Shown here piece after piece: positions 1-9,328 of a stretch of DNA of 64,000 nt. Under the pieces are notes generated by a model. The model made no database searches and was not told the DNA's origin. It saw only the letters and a program-made list of their open reading frames with translations. Origin of the DNA: a virus (Duplodnaviria; Caudoviricetes); the IMG/VR virus record IMGVR_UViG_3300028833_000058; one strand, given 5' to 3'. Within the stretch, counting starts at the first letter, position 1. Every line of letters begins with the position of its first letter. Both the position numbers and the translations under genes were made by a program.

Positions 1-65
1 AATGAGAATTGAACTCATATCTAAACCTTGGCAAGGTCTCATACTAACCATTGTACTATATCTGC
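1..65 (-). tRNA. tRNA-Gly(GCC), 3' end cut by window edge
   Basis: Reverse complement GCAGATATAGTACAATGGTTAGTATG-AGACC-TTGCCAA-GGTTT-AGAT-ATGAG-TTCAATT-CTCAT: D arm, anticodon GCC, T arm; 3' acceptor strand lies outside the window. Confidence 0.9.
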
Positions 66-69
66 GTTA

Positions 70-162
70 TGGCGGATACTAAAGGATTCGAACCTTTGCG
101 AGATGTTACCACCCCCTAACGGTTTAGCAAACCGTCCTCTTCACCAGCTTGAGTAAGTATCC
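70..162 (-). tRNA. tRNA-Ser(GCT)
   Basis: GGATACT/AGTATCC acceptor stem, ACGGT-TTGCTAA-ACCGT anticodon arm, long variable arm, GGTTCGAATCC T arm, encoded GCCA end. Confidence 0.95.
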
Positions 163-168
163 ATAAAA

Positions 169-245
169 TGTTCCACCGTCAAGACTTGCACTTGAACTTG
201 TAATCCCCCGATGGATTACTATGCTACTGTTACATCACTGGTGAA
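169..245 (-). ncRNA. atypical tRNA-like element (extended anticodon arm, bulged acceptor, ACA end)
   Basis: D arm ATGT-AACAGTA-GCAT, T arm TCAAG-TGCAAGT-CTTGA, acceptor TTCACC(A)G/CGGTGGA, anticodon arm GTAATCC-ATCGGG-GGATTAC; adjacent to two canonical tRNAs. Confidence 0.6.
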
Positions 246-248
246 ACG

Positions 249-270
249 AAAAGGAGGAAATAAACCTCCT
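249..270 (-). terminator. hairpin/intrinsic terminator downstream of 280..594
   Basis: AGGAGG-N7-CCTCCT hairpin followed by short T run on minus strand. Confidence 0.5.
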
Positions 271-279
271 CCAAAAAGA

Positions 280-594
280 TTATTTTTTCTTCTTTTTAAT
301 TTTCTCTTCTTTCTTCTTGAACTTAGAAGCAACCCAATTGAAGAAGCAAACGATGACGTTCCAAATCATCTTCAATGTAGAAGTAACTAAATCAATAAGA
401 AAAGACTTAATAATTCCATAAAGACCAACTACAATAGCTTTAATCCAAGCCCAAAGAGCTTTCAAAAAACTTACAACTGGTTCTTTAATCAGATGCCAAG
501 AAGTTGAGAATAAATCTCTAACTGCTTTCCATCCAGCAGTAGAAAAAGCTTTAACACCTTTCCACCATTCTTTTAAGATTTCTTTAAAAGTCAT
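280..594 (-). CDS. amphipathic, Trp-rich 11-residue-repeat membrane-associated protein with poly-Lys tail
   Basis: GAGG RBS; W/F recur about every 11 residues; ends KKKEEKIKKKKK. Confidence 0.7.
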   Translation of the reverse strand: MTFKEILKEWWKGVKAFSTAGWKAVRDLFSTSWHLIKEPVVSFLKALWAWIKAIVVGLYGIIKSFLIDLVTSTLKMIWNVIVCFFNWVASKFKKKEEKIKKKKK

Positions 595-627
595 ATTTTT
601 CCTCTTATTAAAAAGAATTAAAATAAC

Positions 628-906
628 GATTGATTACTACCCTATCTGTCGTGAACGCCTTTGGCAAGGTTAGGTCAACAAAGTCTTTCGGTTATCACAG
701 CTTACCTAAGAAAATTCCTATTAGCCTTTTGGGTGGTTGCCACTATCATCTGTGTCTTAGATTTATGTAATCAATCTTTCTGCACGACCAGAACTTGTAT
801 ACTCCCATCTATAAGCGTTGGTACCTTACTTATAGCGCAGGTGGTCAATTCCACAAACTGAGAAGTTTGCTGTATTTGGAAATCCAAACCTTAAGCATCT
901 GGAGTC
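628..906 (-). ncRNA. candidate structured non-coding RNA(s)
   Basis: GC-elevated intergenic segment with several inverted repeats (GATTGATTAC 628-637 / GTAATCAATC 767-776; CTATAAG/CTTATAG; CAAACT/AGTTTG; TTTGGA/TCCAAA); promoter-like motifs at 950-981; no convincing ORF. Confidence 0.5.
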
Positions 907-991
907 TATTTAGTGTATCATTTCCTATTTACAATTTTATTATAACATATACTTTATAGAACATCTTTTTATTTGAGTAAAGACAAAAAAT

Positions 992-1528
992 TTAAATTTT
1001 TTCAAGAATCGTTGGCTTACAAGTCATAATGTCATCAAAATATATTAACGACAACACATCTTTTCTTCCTTGTCTTGTATATTTGTGATATAGAGCTTCT
1101 TTCGGGTTTATTACTACTTTATCATCACATATTTTTTCACATAGTTCAACTAATTCTTTTCTATTAACTACGTAAAATTTATTTTCTTTTCTATTGTGGA
1201 AAACTATGTAGTCTGCTTTTCCATATAACCAGCCTTTATCGCCATGAACATTGTTAAATTCTATCCATATATAGTCAGAATTAAAGTGTGAATCCATACG
1301 ACTACGTTTTTTACTGGCTTTTACATCTACTGCTACTTCTTTGTGTAACACTGGATGGTAAATAACAAAATCTATATGTTGATATTGTTCCTCTGTTGTT
1401 GCTGGTCTATATTTACGGTTATTTTCTTTTAACCAATCCTCAAATAAATCTTCTGTCTTTTTACCGACAAAAGCTGATTCTCCAAATTCATCCTTCTTGT
1501 TCACATACATTAATTTTCTGCTTGGCAA
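992..1528 (-). CDS. PD-(D/E)xK superfamily nuclease-like protein
   Basis: E...HIDF...VDVKAS catalytic-like motif spacing. Confidence 0.6.
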   Translation of the reverse strand: MPSRKLMYVNKKDEFGESAFVGKKTEDLFEDWLKENNRKYRPATTEEQYQHIDFVIYHPVLHKEVAVDVKASKKRSRMDSHFNSDYIWIEFNNVHGDKGWLYGKADYIVFHNRKENKFYVVNRKELVELCEKICDDKVVINPKEALYHKYTRQGRKDVLSLIYFDDIMTCKPTILEKI

Positions 1529-2049
1529 TGAACTTCTAATATCTGTGGATAGTAATTAAATATCATAACAATTCGATAACGTAGACCATACGAAATGACT
1601 TTACATTCTGTTTGACCAGTCGGTACGCCCGCAGCGATTCCATCTGGGAAGAAGATTTGACCATGATGAAAGATATTCCAAGCATTGTTAAACCAAGTGT
1701 TTTTGATTCTAAAGTATAAAGCGTTATCTGAGCTACACTCTTTAGTTGGACATCCTTTAGCACTCCATAAGCCATCTTCAAGTTCAACAGAATCAGATAA
1801 ATAAATTGTTTCTTCTTTTTTAGTGATTAAGTAATACCCAAGGTCAAAAACAAATCCTAAAGTTTCTATTGTTATAAACAATGCTACAAAACTTGATAAC
1901 ACGAAAATTATGGCTCTTTTTAATATAAAATCACCGTATTTATCATGTGTATAACGATTCCAAGCGTTTTTGTATTTAGCTAAAGCAGGTTTAACGTATA
2001 TCCATATTTTCTTCGTTATATCTCTAATCATTTTCTTCCTCTTTAACAT
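1510..2049 (-). CDS. single-pass membrane protein, DUF1523-like
   Basis: N-terminal TM helix; C-terminal YGLR...YPQI resembles DUF1523 YGxR...P(N/Q)I. Confidence 0.4.
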   Translation of the reverse strand: MLKRKKMIRDITKKIWIYVKPALAKYKNAWNRYTHDKYGDFILKRAIIFVLSSFVALFITIETLGFVFDLGYYLITKKEETIYLSDSVELEDGLWSAKGCPTKECSSDNALYFRIKNTWFNNAWNIFHHGQIFFPDGIAAGVPTGQTECKVISYGLRYRIVMIFNYYPQILEVHCQAEN

Positions 2050-2296
2050 CTTTATGAATTTTTCTCACAATACAAAAGACCATAGGGATTAATATTAGCA
2101 TAAGAGTACCAAACACAACTGATTCGTTCCAGATATCACAAAAAATGGTGACTAGACCATGTATTATTATAGCTATCATGACGAGTACTGCTATTAAAAT
2201 CGCTGTAAGCATCGATTCATACATAAAGTCCATGAGTTCTGAAAAAATTCTATTGAGCAAAGTACTTACTTTATTCTTCATCTTTTGGCTCCCCAC
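2024..2296 (-). CDS. small two-TM membrane protein
   Basis: two hydrophobic stretches; overlaps neighbours in the operon. Confidence 0.6.
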   Translation of the reverse strand: MGSQKMKNKVSTLLNRIFSELMDFMYESMLTAILIAVLVMIAIIIHGLVTIFCDIWNESVVFGTLMLILIPMVFCIVRKIHKDVKEEEND

Positions 2297-2500
2297 TTTC
2301 TGGCTGCTGTATTTCTTCTAAATCACAATAAGCGTCTTTATATTCTTCAAACATGTCATCTAATGGTTTTTTCATTAAATCATATGTGTCTAAGGTGATA
2401 CATTGTTCTGAGAGTAACATTTTAAAGTAAGCACATAAATCAGAGTATCTATTTCTTACTCTGTCATAGTGTATATCATCTGGAAACTGTATTCTTGGCA

Positions 2501-4657
2501 TCACGCTATCTCCCCACATACGTCTTCTGTTGTTATTATAAAGTCTAAGATAAAATCTTTCGCTTGTGTATCATATTTTATCCATAAGTGCGGTTTTTTG
2601 TCATTAGCGTATAACATAGTATCCACTAACTTTGGTCTTAAATGAGCTTTGATGAAACCAGGAAGACCACGAGCACCCCTAATTGGGTCATATTGGTCTA
2701 CACAAAATTTGTGAATTTCTTCATCACTCATTTGAATACCTATCTTATCTTTATAACATTCACTAAGGTTGGTTATCTCTCTTCTAACAATTTTTTCGAT
2801 GGTATCCATACCTAAACGTTTAAAATGAAAGATATTCTCACGACCATTAAATCTATTGAGTAATTCAGACCTATAAGTGTTTGTTAATTCTTCATTAGCT
2901 CTTTCTTTAGCTTCTTCGTCTGTCAATGACATATCAAGGTAATACTTTTGACCAATGTTTGAAGTCATTATAATAATCGACTCCGAAAAGTCAACAGTAC
3001 GACCAATGTTATCTGTCAATCTACCATCAGAAAGTATCTGCAAGAATATATTGAACACATCTGGGTGTGCTTTTTCAATTTCATCAAACAGGTAGATACC
3101 AACTGGATTTTTACGTACTGTGTTAGTTAAAATACCACCACACTCGAATCCCTCATAGCCTGGAGGAGCACCAATTAGTTTAGCTACAGCATGTTTCTCC
3201 ATATATTCTGACATATCAAAACGAATAAGTGTTCTTTCATCACCGAATAAATATTTTGCAAGAGATTTTGACATCTGTGTTTTACCACAACCACTTGGGC
3301 CAAGAAATAGAAAACTTGCTGCTGGACCAGAATCTCTCATTGTATCAATTTTAGCAACTTTAATGGCATCTGCTACTTTTTGAACAATATCATCTTGACC
3401 GTAAATATCTTGTAAGAGGTCATCTTTAAGACTTATAATTGTTTCAATCTCATTTTCATTTAACTTCAAAGCAGATATACCAGAAATCTTACTAAACGAC
3501 TCTATAAGTGAATCTTTATCTAAAGCTAAATTACTGTTAATTCCGTTTACAAGAATCTTATATTGTTTTTTGTTTTCCTCTAATTGAGTATTAATTGCTT
3601 TAATCTGTTGTTTCAACCCTGCTACTTCTTTGGAATCGAAACCAGCTTTTGCAAGAGCTTTAAAGTTAGCAATCTCTCTCGGTGTTATTCCTTCACCTTC
3701 TGTTTCTGCTTTTTCTTTGGCTTTTTCTAATTCAGATGTATATTGAAGACGTAGAATTTCAGCTTCAGTTTGTTGTTTAGCTAATTTTTGAATTTGTATC
3801 TTTGTATCCATCCAATCTGCAAAGCTGTCATTATAAACTTTCTGTAATTCAGCTTTTTTATTTTCATCATTACATTCTGCTATCTCATCTCTTAGTTTCT
3901 TTAGCAGAGGATGCTCTTTGTTAGCAGATTGTTTATAACTTGATAACGCTCTATCTAATAAAGAGATTGTACGAGCAGGTTGTGTAGCTCCTAAGCCAAA
4001 ATCTTCACGATATTTTGTAGTTAAATAGACAGCTTCTTTTATAGCTTCATCGGTAATCTTGATACCATGATAATCCACTAATTCTTTACTTGCTTCTTTA
4101 ACAACTTCTTCTAACTTTTGACCAGATAATTCTTTTACATCATATAAGGTATAAAAATCATGAATCCTGTTGTTTGCACTATATATGTTATTTAAGTGGT
4201 CGTCATTCACTTCCATGATAACTTGAAACAAATTAGATTTATCAGCATTGTTTAAAGTATTAACAAAGTGCATATTACCAGAGTTCTTCGCACCTTCTAA
4301 GAAGTTATAAGCGTCAAGAATAACTAACACAGCGTTTGGTGTTTTTTCAAGGTTTTTTATGACTTGTTGAAAATCTTTGTTAATTTCTTGACTATCACCA
4401 CTTGCAAACAAGTTATCCACATCCAGCACAAAAAATTGCTTGGAAAGAATATCAAAAGAGGTGTCTTCATTTTCTTTAGATTGTTGTAGACCAACGATTA
4501 AAGAAGTTACTCCAACACCTCTTGGTCCCGTGATTAGTAAAGAGTTGTTATTTTTTCTACATAAAATAGAAGAAATACGTTTTAAATCTAATTCCCTGTT
4601 TACAAGTTTGAAATTAGGGAACGACTTTAAAAATTCTTGACTTGAGATAATTTTCAT
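2501..4657 (-). CDS. clpB: ClpA/ClpB-family AAA+ ATPase lacking N-domain, NBD1 degenerate, NBD2 intact
   Basis: NBD2: FLFLGPSGCGKT, RFDMSEYMEKH, LIGAPPGYEG, LFDEIEKAHPDVFNIFLQILSDGRLTD, MTSNIG, GAR; long coiled-coil middle region; NBD1 Walker A reads GPRGVGVT. Confidence 0.85.
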   Translation of the reverse strand: MKIISSQEFLKSFPNFKLVNRELDLKRISSILCRKNNNSLLITGPRGVGVTSLIVGLQQSKENEDTSFDILSKQFFVLDVDNLFASGDSQEINKDFQQVIKNLEKTPNAVLVILDAYNFLEGAKNSGNMHFVNTLNNADKSNLFQVIMEVNDDHLNNIYSANNRIHDFYTLYDVKELSGQKLEEVVKEASKELVDYHGIKITDEAIKEAVYLTTKYREDFGLGATQPARTISLLDRALSSYKQSANKEHPLLKKLRDEIAECNDENKKAELQKVYNDSFADWMDTKIQIQKLAKQQTEAEILRLQYTSELEKAKEKAETEGEGITPREIANFKALAKAGFDSKEVAGLKQQIKAINTQLEENKKQYKILVNGINSNLALDKDSLIESFSKISGISALKLNENEIETIISLKDDLLQDIYGQDDIVQKVADAIKVAKIDTMRDSGPAASFLFLGPSGCGKTQMSKSLAKYLFGDERTLIRFDMSEYMEKHAVAKLIGAPPGYEGFECGGILTNTVRKNPVGIYLFDEIEKAHPDVFNIFLQILSDGRLTDNIGRTVDFSESIIIMTSNIGQKYYLDMSLTDEEAKERANEELTNTYRSELLNRFNGRENIFHFKRLGMDTIEKIVRREITNLSECYKDKIGIQMSDEEIHKFCVDQYDPIRGARGLPGFIKAHLRPKLVDTMLYANDKKPHLWIKYDTQAKDFILDFIITTEDVCGEIA

Positions 4658-4662
4658 TGATT

Positions 4663-4887
4663 CTAATTCTTCCTCATTTTTATTGTTATAAACTCTTTGG
4701 ATAAATCAGCTAATTCTTTGTCGCTTGCTTTACTGAGAATTCTATCTCCTTTTACAAGTTTAGCACCAAAATATGTATAAAAGTTTTCTTCAAACTGTTT
4801 TACATTTTGTTCAGTTTTACGTTTACCTTTTATCTCTAAATATTTCAGCAGAGTCGATTCGCTGTAAAAAATAACTTTCTTATCCAT
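4663..4887 (-). CDS. small hypothetical protein between ClpB-like gene and its coiled-coil neighbour
   Basis: 2-5 bp gaps to both neighbours. Confidence 0.6.
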   Translation of the reverse strand: MDKKVIFYSESTLLKYLEIKGKRKTEQNVKQFEENFYTYFGAKLVKGDRILSKASDKELADLSKEFITIKMRKN

Positions 4888-4889
4888 TA

Positions 4890-6515
4890 CTATATACCTT
4901 TAAAAATAGATTTAGAATCTCCTTTTACTGTCTTTTTAGTATCCTTTTTCTTACTACCAGTTTCAGCTGCCACAGCAACAAATTCTGCTGTATCTTCTTG
5001 AACACATTTAGCTTCTTCTTCAAGTTTTTGAAGGTTCTCACGCATCGTAGTTATTGCTTCACGAGTAATTTCTGTTGCTTGACGTTGTGTATCACCAAAA
5101 TCCATAAGGTCTTGTAATGTTTTTTCTAACTCAATGTTCACATCATCACGACCAGTAGCAATCCTAATACTTTCTTTCTTGGCAACGTCATTTGTGACAT
5201 TAGCCATTTGGGTCAATGTATCAGAAGCCATAACTTGTGATTCGTTAATTGCAGCTGAATTTACAGCTGTTAAAACAACAGACAATTGTGAAGCAACAGA
5301 AGCAATACCACGAGAGTGCATTGTCGCAGCAGAAGAAGCTTGATTCTTTGTAGCAGCTTGCATGTTACGTAATTTAATTTCTTCCATTGACAATTCACCG
5401 TAAGTTTGCATTGTATCAACGTTAGCGGTAGAAACAGTATCAATGTATTCATCTAAATCACGTTTCTCTTTATCTAACTTCATCTTTTCAATTTGGTTGT
5501 CTGGTTCTGGTTTATTTAACAATTCTTCACGCTTCTTGTTGTTTGTTTCTTCTGCTTGTTTAGTAGCATCATTTAGTATAGCGTAAATTTGTTGCATGTT
5601 TCCATTGTTATCAGTTAACCCTTCAATTTGTTCACTCATTGAATCTAAGTGTTTACGGATTTCACCAAATCTTTCTTTACCAGAGTTGATAAACTGAAGA
5701 GCAGATTGAACTAATCCAGCTTGACGTTCAATGTGTTGTTCCGAATTAAGGTCAAGTAACTCTTTAAGTTTTTGAGCTTCAAATGAATAACCTTCACCAG
5801 TTGAAATGTTCGACAATTTTTGACGAACTTTATCAATTTCTGGAAGTATCCTTTGAACTTCTTTGTTTAATTGTTCAAGTGTTTCTTCATTCATTTTGAT
5901 TTTAGCTTTTGATTCTGGTTTAATATTACCTAATCCAAAAAACGACCTGTCTTCCATGAGCATAAGATTTTGCTTTTTTAAGGTATCAATCTCATGTGTA
6001 GCAACATCTAGGTCATGTTGTAAAGACAACAACTGTTCTTGTAAGTCACGTCTATTAGCTTTATCTTCTTGAATTTTAGCTAACACAGAACGAGTTTCAC
6101 CATTTTTACGCAATGTATATAAAGCGTCCGTGATATCTGTCAAAGGTTTAATTTTTTCGATAAAGTCATTAAGGTCATTATTAAAATCACCGTATACCTT
6201 TTGTAATTCTGAAAAAGTACCTGTATCAGTCATTTCAATACGTTGTTTCGACATTGTTTCAGAAATAGACTGCAGATATTCTTTGAATTGTTCAAACTCT
6301 TTAATATGAGTACGGTCTTGTTCTTTATTGTTTGTGAATTCTAACGTTTTGCTAACTTGTTTTACCTTGTCTTCAAGTTCTAAATCTGGATTCATGACAA
6401 TAGAGTAGAAAGTGTTTTCTTCAATCTCAGACTTTTCTTCCTCTCTGTTTTGTCTACGATAACGAACTCTAACTTCTTCTTTTTCAGCTAATTTTTGTTT
6501 TATTGCTTCACTCAT
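4890..6515 (-). CDS. 541-aa coiled-coil protein, unknown function
   Basis: AAGGAG RBS; E/K/Q/L-rich heptad character throughout; same operon as ClpB-like gene. Confidence 0.75.
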   Translation of the reverse strand: MSEAIKQKLAEKEEVRVRYRRQNREEEKSEIEENTFYSIVMNPDLELEDKVKQVSKTLEFTNNKEQDRTHIKEFEQFKEYLQSISETMSKQRIEMTDTGTFSELQKVYGDFNNDLNDFIEKIKPLTDITDALYTLRKNGETRSVLAKIQEDKANRRDLQEQLLSLQHDLDVATHEIDTLKKQNLMLMEDRSFFGLGNIKPESKAKIKMNEETLEQLNKEVQRILPEIDKVRQKLSNISTGEGYSFEAQKLKELLDLNSEQHIERQAGLVQSALQFINSGKERFGEIRKHLDSMSEQIEGLTDNNGNMQQIYAILNDATKQAEETNNKKREELLNKPEPDNQIEKMKLDKEKRDLDEYIDTVSTANVDTMQTYGELSMEEIKLRNMQAATKNQASSAATMHSRGIASVASQLSVVLTAVNSAAINESQVMASDTLTQMANVTNDVAKKESIRIATGRDDVNIELEKTLQDLMDFGDTQRQATEITREAITTMRENLQKLEEEAKCVQEDTAEFVAVAAETGSKKKDTKKTVKGDSKSIFKGI

Positions 6516-6532
6516 TTACATGGTCTCCTTTC

Positions 6533-6991
6533 TTAATACCATAAGTTGTTAACATTGTTACAAAACCATTTGTTAAAATTTTTTATACACTTGTTATACG
6601 CAATGCAATTGATTTGCCCATCGTCTAACGTTTTTTTGTACTCTTTTATCTCACTGTCATCTAAGTATATATGTGAATTTGGAAAATTATATTCACATTC
6701 ACAATATTTGACAATAGATTGTAATTGAGTTATACGATTAACGAGTTCTTTTTCCCAAGAAGACATACATCTATAGTGTTCTGGGTATCCATTGACTTTC
6801 TTTCTAAATTTCTTCAGTCTTGGTAAAAGCCATTTATAAAAAGTGATATCTATGTTCCAGATTTCTCTATCGTCAAAACCATATAATTTTCTTTGTAAAA
6901 ACCATTTTGTATTATACTTAATAGTTTCTACAGGATTAACTGCGATAGTGTACCAGATATCTGAAACTTTATCTAAAAGTTTGTTTATCAT
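6533..6991 (-). CDS. phage hypothetical protein
   Basis: ORF in operon; YGFDDREIW...LPRLKKFR...LWY pattern. Confidence 0.6.
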   Translation of the reverse strand: MINKLLDKVSDIWYTIAVNPVETIKYNTKWFLQRKLYGFDDREIWNIDITFYKWLLPRLKKFRKKVNGYPEHYRCMSSWEKELVNRITQLQSIVKYCECEYNFPNSHIYLDDSEIKEYKKTLDDGQINCIAYNKCIKNFNKWFCNNVNNLWY

Positions 6992-6997
6992 TATCGT

Positions 6998-8263
6998 TTA
7001 ATTCTTTCTGTTTAATGTTTCATAAGGTGTAATTACAGTTAAAGAATATTTATCTTCAGCTATATCTGGAATGTACTGTTGCGCAAAATCAAACAAATCT
7101 TGCTTTGTTATACTCTTTAACATTTCTTTGATTTCATCATATCGTTTAATCTTTATACCAAATAAACCACAAGTACCGTTCATACACGCTAGGCTTGAAC
7201 AGGAATCATAACCTAAAGATAAACTATACATTATAGCGTTCTTAGCTTTTTCTAATTCAGCGTCTGTAATGTTTGTTTTTACAGAGGTTAAAACTTGTTT
7301 AGATAATTCTACAGCTTTATCTATATTTTTTTCATCAAGAGAAGCATGAACTCCAAAGTATCCTGTGTTCTCTAATAGTTCAGCAACTAATCCAACCTGA
7401 TATGCTAATCCATGTTTTTCACGAATTTCTTGGAATAATCTACAAGACATACCACCGTCAATAACATTCTGTAATGTAGCGTAAATCAATTTTTCTTTTT
7501 CTGTTGCATGTAAATCTAATCCTTTTGCAGCGAGTATGAATTGTGATTGGTTGAAAATGTCTTGAACTCTCGATTCTTTTGGTGTGAATTCATTGATAAA
7601 CTTTTCATTGTTATTACCTAATCTAAATCCAGATTTAAATTGACTTTTAATGTAGTCTACAAATTCGTTATGGTCAATACTACCACAAGCTGATATAACA
7701 ATGTTGTTTGCTGTATACCATTTGTTAAAATAGTTAACTAAATTTTCACGTGTAAACTCTGTAATATTTTTTCTTGTACCGAGAATACTACGTCCAAGTG
7801 GATATCCATGATAAGCGTTTTTCGTAAAGTAGTCAAACATTTCACTCATGGCATCGTTTTCGTGCATAGCTATCTCTTGCATAATCACATTACGTTCTCT
7901 TTCAATTTCTTCTTTTGGAAATATGGAGTTTTGGATTATATCAGCAAGAAAATCTACACCAAACTTCCAATATTCTGGTATTAGACTTGTGTGTATAACC
8001 GTTGTATCAATAGAGGTATAAGCGTTGCATTGACCACCTAATTTCTCAATAGAATCAGACAATTGTAAAGCGGTTTTTGTTTCTGTTCCTTTGAAGAGCA
8101 TGTGCTCTAAAAAGTGGCTTAATCCGTTTTCTTCATCAGATTCATTCTTCAAACCTGTTTTGACATACGCAGCAATGAATACACTATTAAAATCTGCCGT
8201 TTGGGTTACTACTTTAAGCCCATCGTCAAGCACTGTTATTTTTACATTATCATTTTTCATCAT
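6998..8263 (-). CDS. M16 family zinc peptidase (pitrilysin/MPP-beta-like)
   Basis: GLSHFLEHMLFKGT (HxxEH), NAYTS, ERERNVIMQE, SCRLFQEIREKHGLAY. Confidence 0.93.
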   Translation of the reverse strand: MMKNDNVKITVLDDGLKVVTQTADFNSVFIAAYVKTGLKNESDEENGLSHFLEHMLFKGTETKTALQLSDSIEKLGGQCNAYTSIDTTVIHTSLIPEYWKFGVDFLADIIQNSIFPKEEIERERNVIMQEIAMHENDAMSEMFDYFTKNAYHGYPLGRSILGTRKNITEFTRENLVNYFNKWYTANNIVISACGSIDHNEFVDYIKSQFKSGFRLGNNNEKFINEFTPKESRVQDIFNQSQFILAAKGLDLHATEKEKLIYATLQNVIDGGMSCRLFQEIREKHGLAYQVGLVAELLENTGYFGVHASLDEKNIDKAVELSKQVLTSVKTNITDAELEKAKNAIMYSLSLGYDSCSSLACMNGTCGLFGIKIKRYDEIKEMLKSITKQDLFDFAQQYIPDIAEDKYSLTVITPYETLNRKN

Positions 8264-8318
8264 AAATACCTTTCCTTATTGCTAAATCAATTTATACCAG
8301 ATAATTTTATAAGTAAAG

Positions 8319-8681
8319 TCAATTATTGGACATTTTTTCAAAAAATGATTTGAAATTAGTTGTTTTATCTAAACACTCGTTTACCATATCAGACAATCCA
8401 GCTTTTTCTATTTCTTTCATGGCCATAGGATTACCAGAATTTAATATTGTGTATATAACTATGTTACGATGTTTCAATTCTTTTAAAACATCAATGGAAG
8501 TCGAATCATGAAGATTGAAGTCTGTGATAAATAACTCACTGTCTTTAAAAACAGCTATGTCATCAAGTAGGTCTTCAATGTTTGAGTATACATTTACATC
8601 AAACCCAAACTTTTTTCCAACTAACTTGATAACGTTACTTACACATTCTTCATCTTCAAGAACGATTACTCTTTTGTTCAT
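8319..8681 (-). CDS. single-domain response regulator receiver (CheY-like)
   Basis: VIVLEDE acidic pocket, LFITD phospho-acceptor Asp, ILNSG, terminal LDK lysine. Confidence 0.75.
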   Translation of the reverse strand: MNKRVIVLEDEECVSNVIKLVGKKFGFDVNVYSNIEDLLDDIAVFKDSELFITDFNLHDSTSIDVLKELKHRNIVIYTILNSGNPMAMKEIEKAGLSDMVNECLDKTTNFKSFFEKMSNN

Positions 8682-8866
8682 CTTTCACCTTCTTCTGCTC
8701 TTTGACACATGGTAAAAACACAATTGTATTTCTTTCTTCAAGATATATAACGTTTGGTAATTCTAATCTCGAATCTTTACATACAGTAACTAAACTATCT
8801 TCTGGAAATTGTTCTAAAAATTCAATCAATCTCCCTAATCTCATGATATTCGCCATTTGATTTCTC

Positions 8867-9328
8867 CTAAATAGTATTCATTATCTTTAATGTTCCATAT
8901 GTTAACTCGAAATTTATCAATTTGTCAATATCACATGCGATTAAGTAATATTGGGCCCCAAATGGATTTGAAGCATCTAATGTTATTAATTCGAATTTGA
9001 TTTTGTGTAAATTTAATTGATTTTCTTTGTCATAATCTTCTATCGTTTTTCTTAGAAGTTGAAACACTTGAGCCTTTTCACCACGGTATCGACTATATTC
9101 ATCAATTTTTATGACACGCTTTACTAACATGTTTTTATAGGTGTTTATTAGATTTTGGAAATAAGCTCTTTTTCTTGGGTCACATCTCTTGTGATAAATA
9201 AACATCTTACCATATTCTTTTATGGTACACGAAGAAAAGTTTTGTTTACCAAGTTCTTTTTCTTTGGCCGTCATTACATCTTCTAGAAAACGATTTAACC
9301 AATATCTATTTTTTATTTCGAAATCCAT
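8867..9328 (-). CDS. hypothetical protein with C-terminal YxxLK(I/M) motif
   Basis: ends FELTYGTLKIMNTI; similar ends at 35129, 55208, 4663. Confidence 0.6.
   Translation of the reverse strand: MDFEIKNRYWLNRFLEDVMTAKEKELGKQNFSSCTIKEYGKMFIYHKRCDPRKRAYFQNLINTYKNMLVKRVIKIDEYSRYRGEKAQVFQLLRKTIEDYDKENQLNLHKIKFELITLDASNPFGAQYYLIACDIDKLINFELTYGTLKIMNTI

Noticed and set aside
661-861. 66-aa plus-strand ORF
   Set aside because: TTG start, no RBS, opposite to local transcription and overlapping the structured region
628-906. RNase P, tmRNA or 6S identity for the structured region
   Set aside because: No GAGGAAAGUCC/ACAGAA..GGCUUA pair, no tmRNA ends or tag frame, no clear 6S bubble; left unassigned
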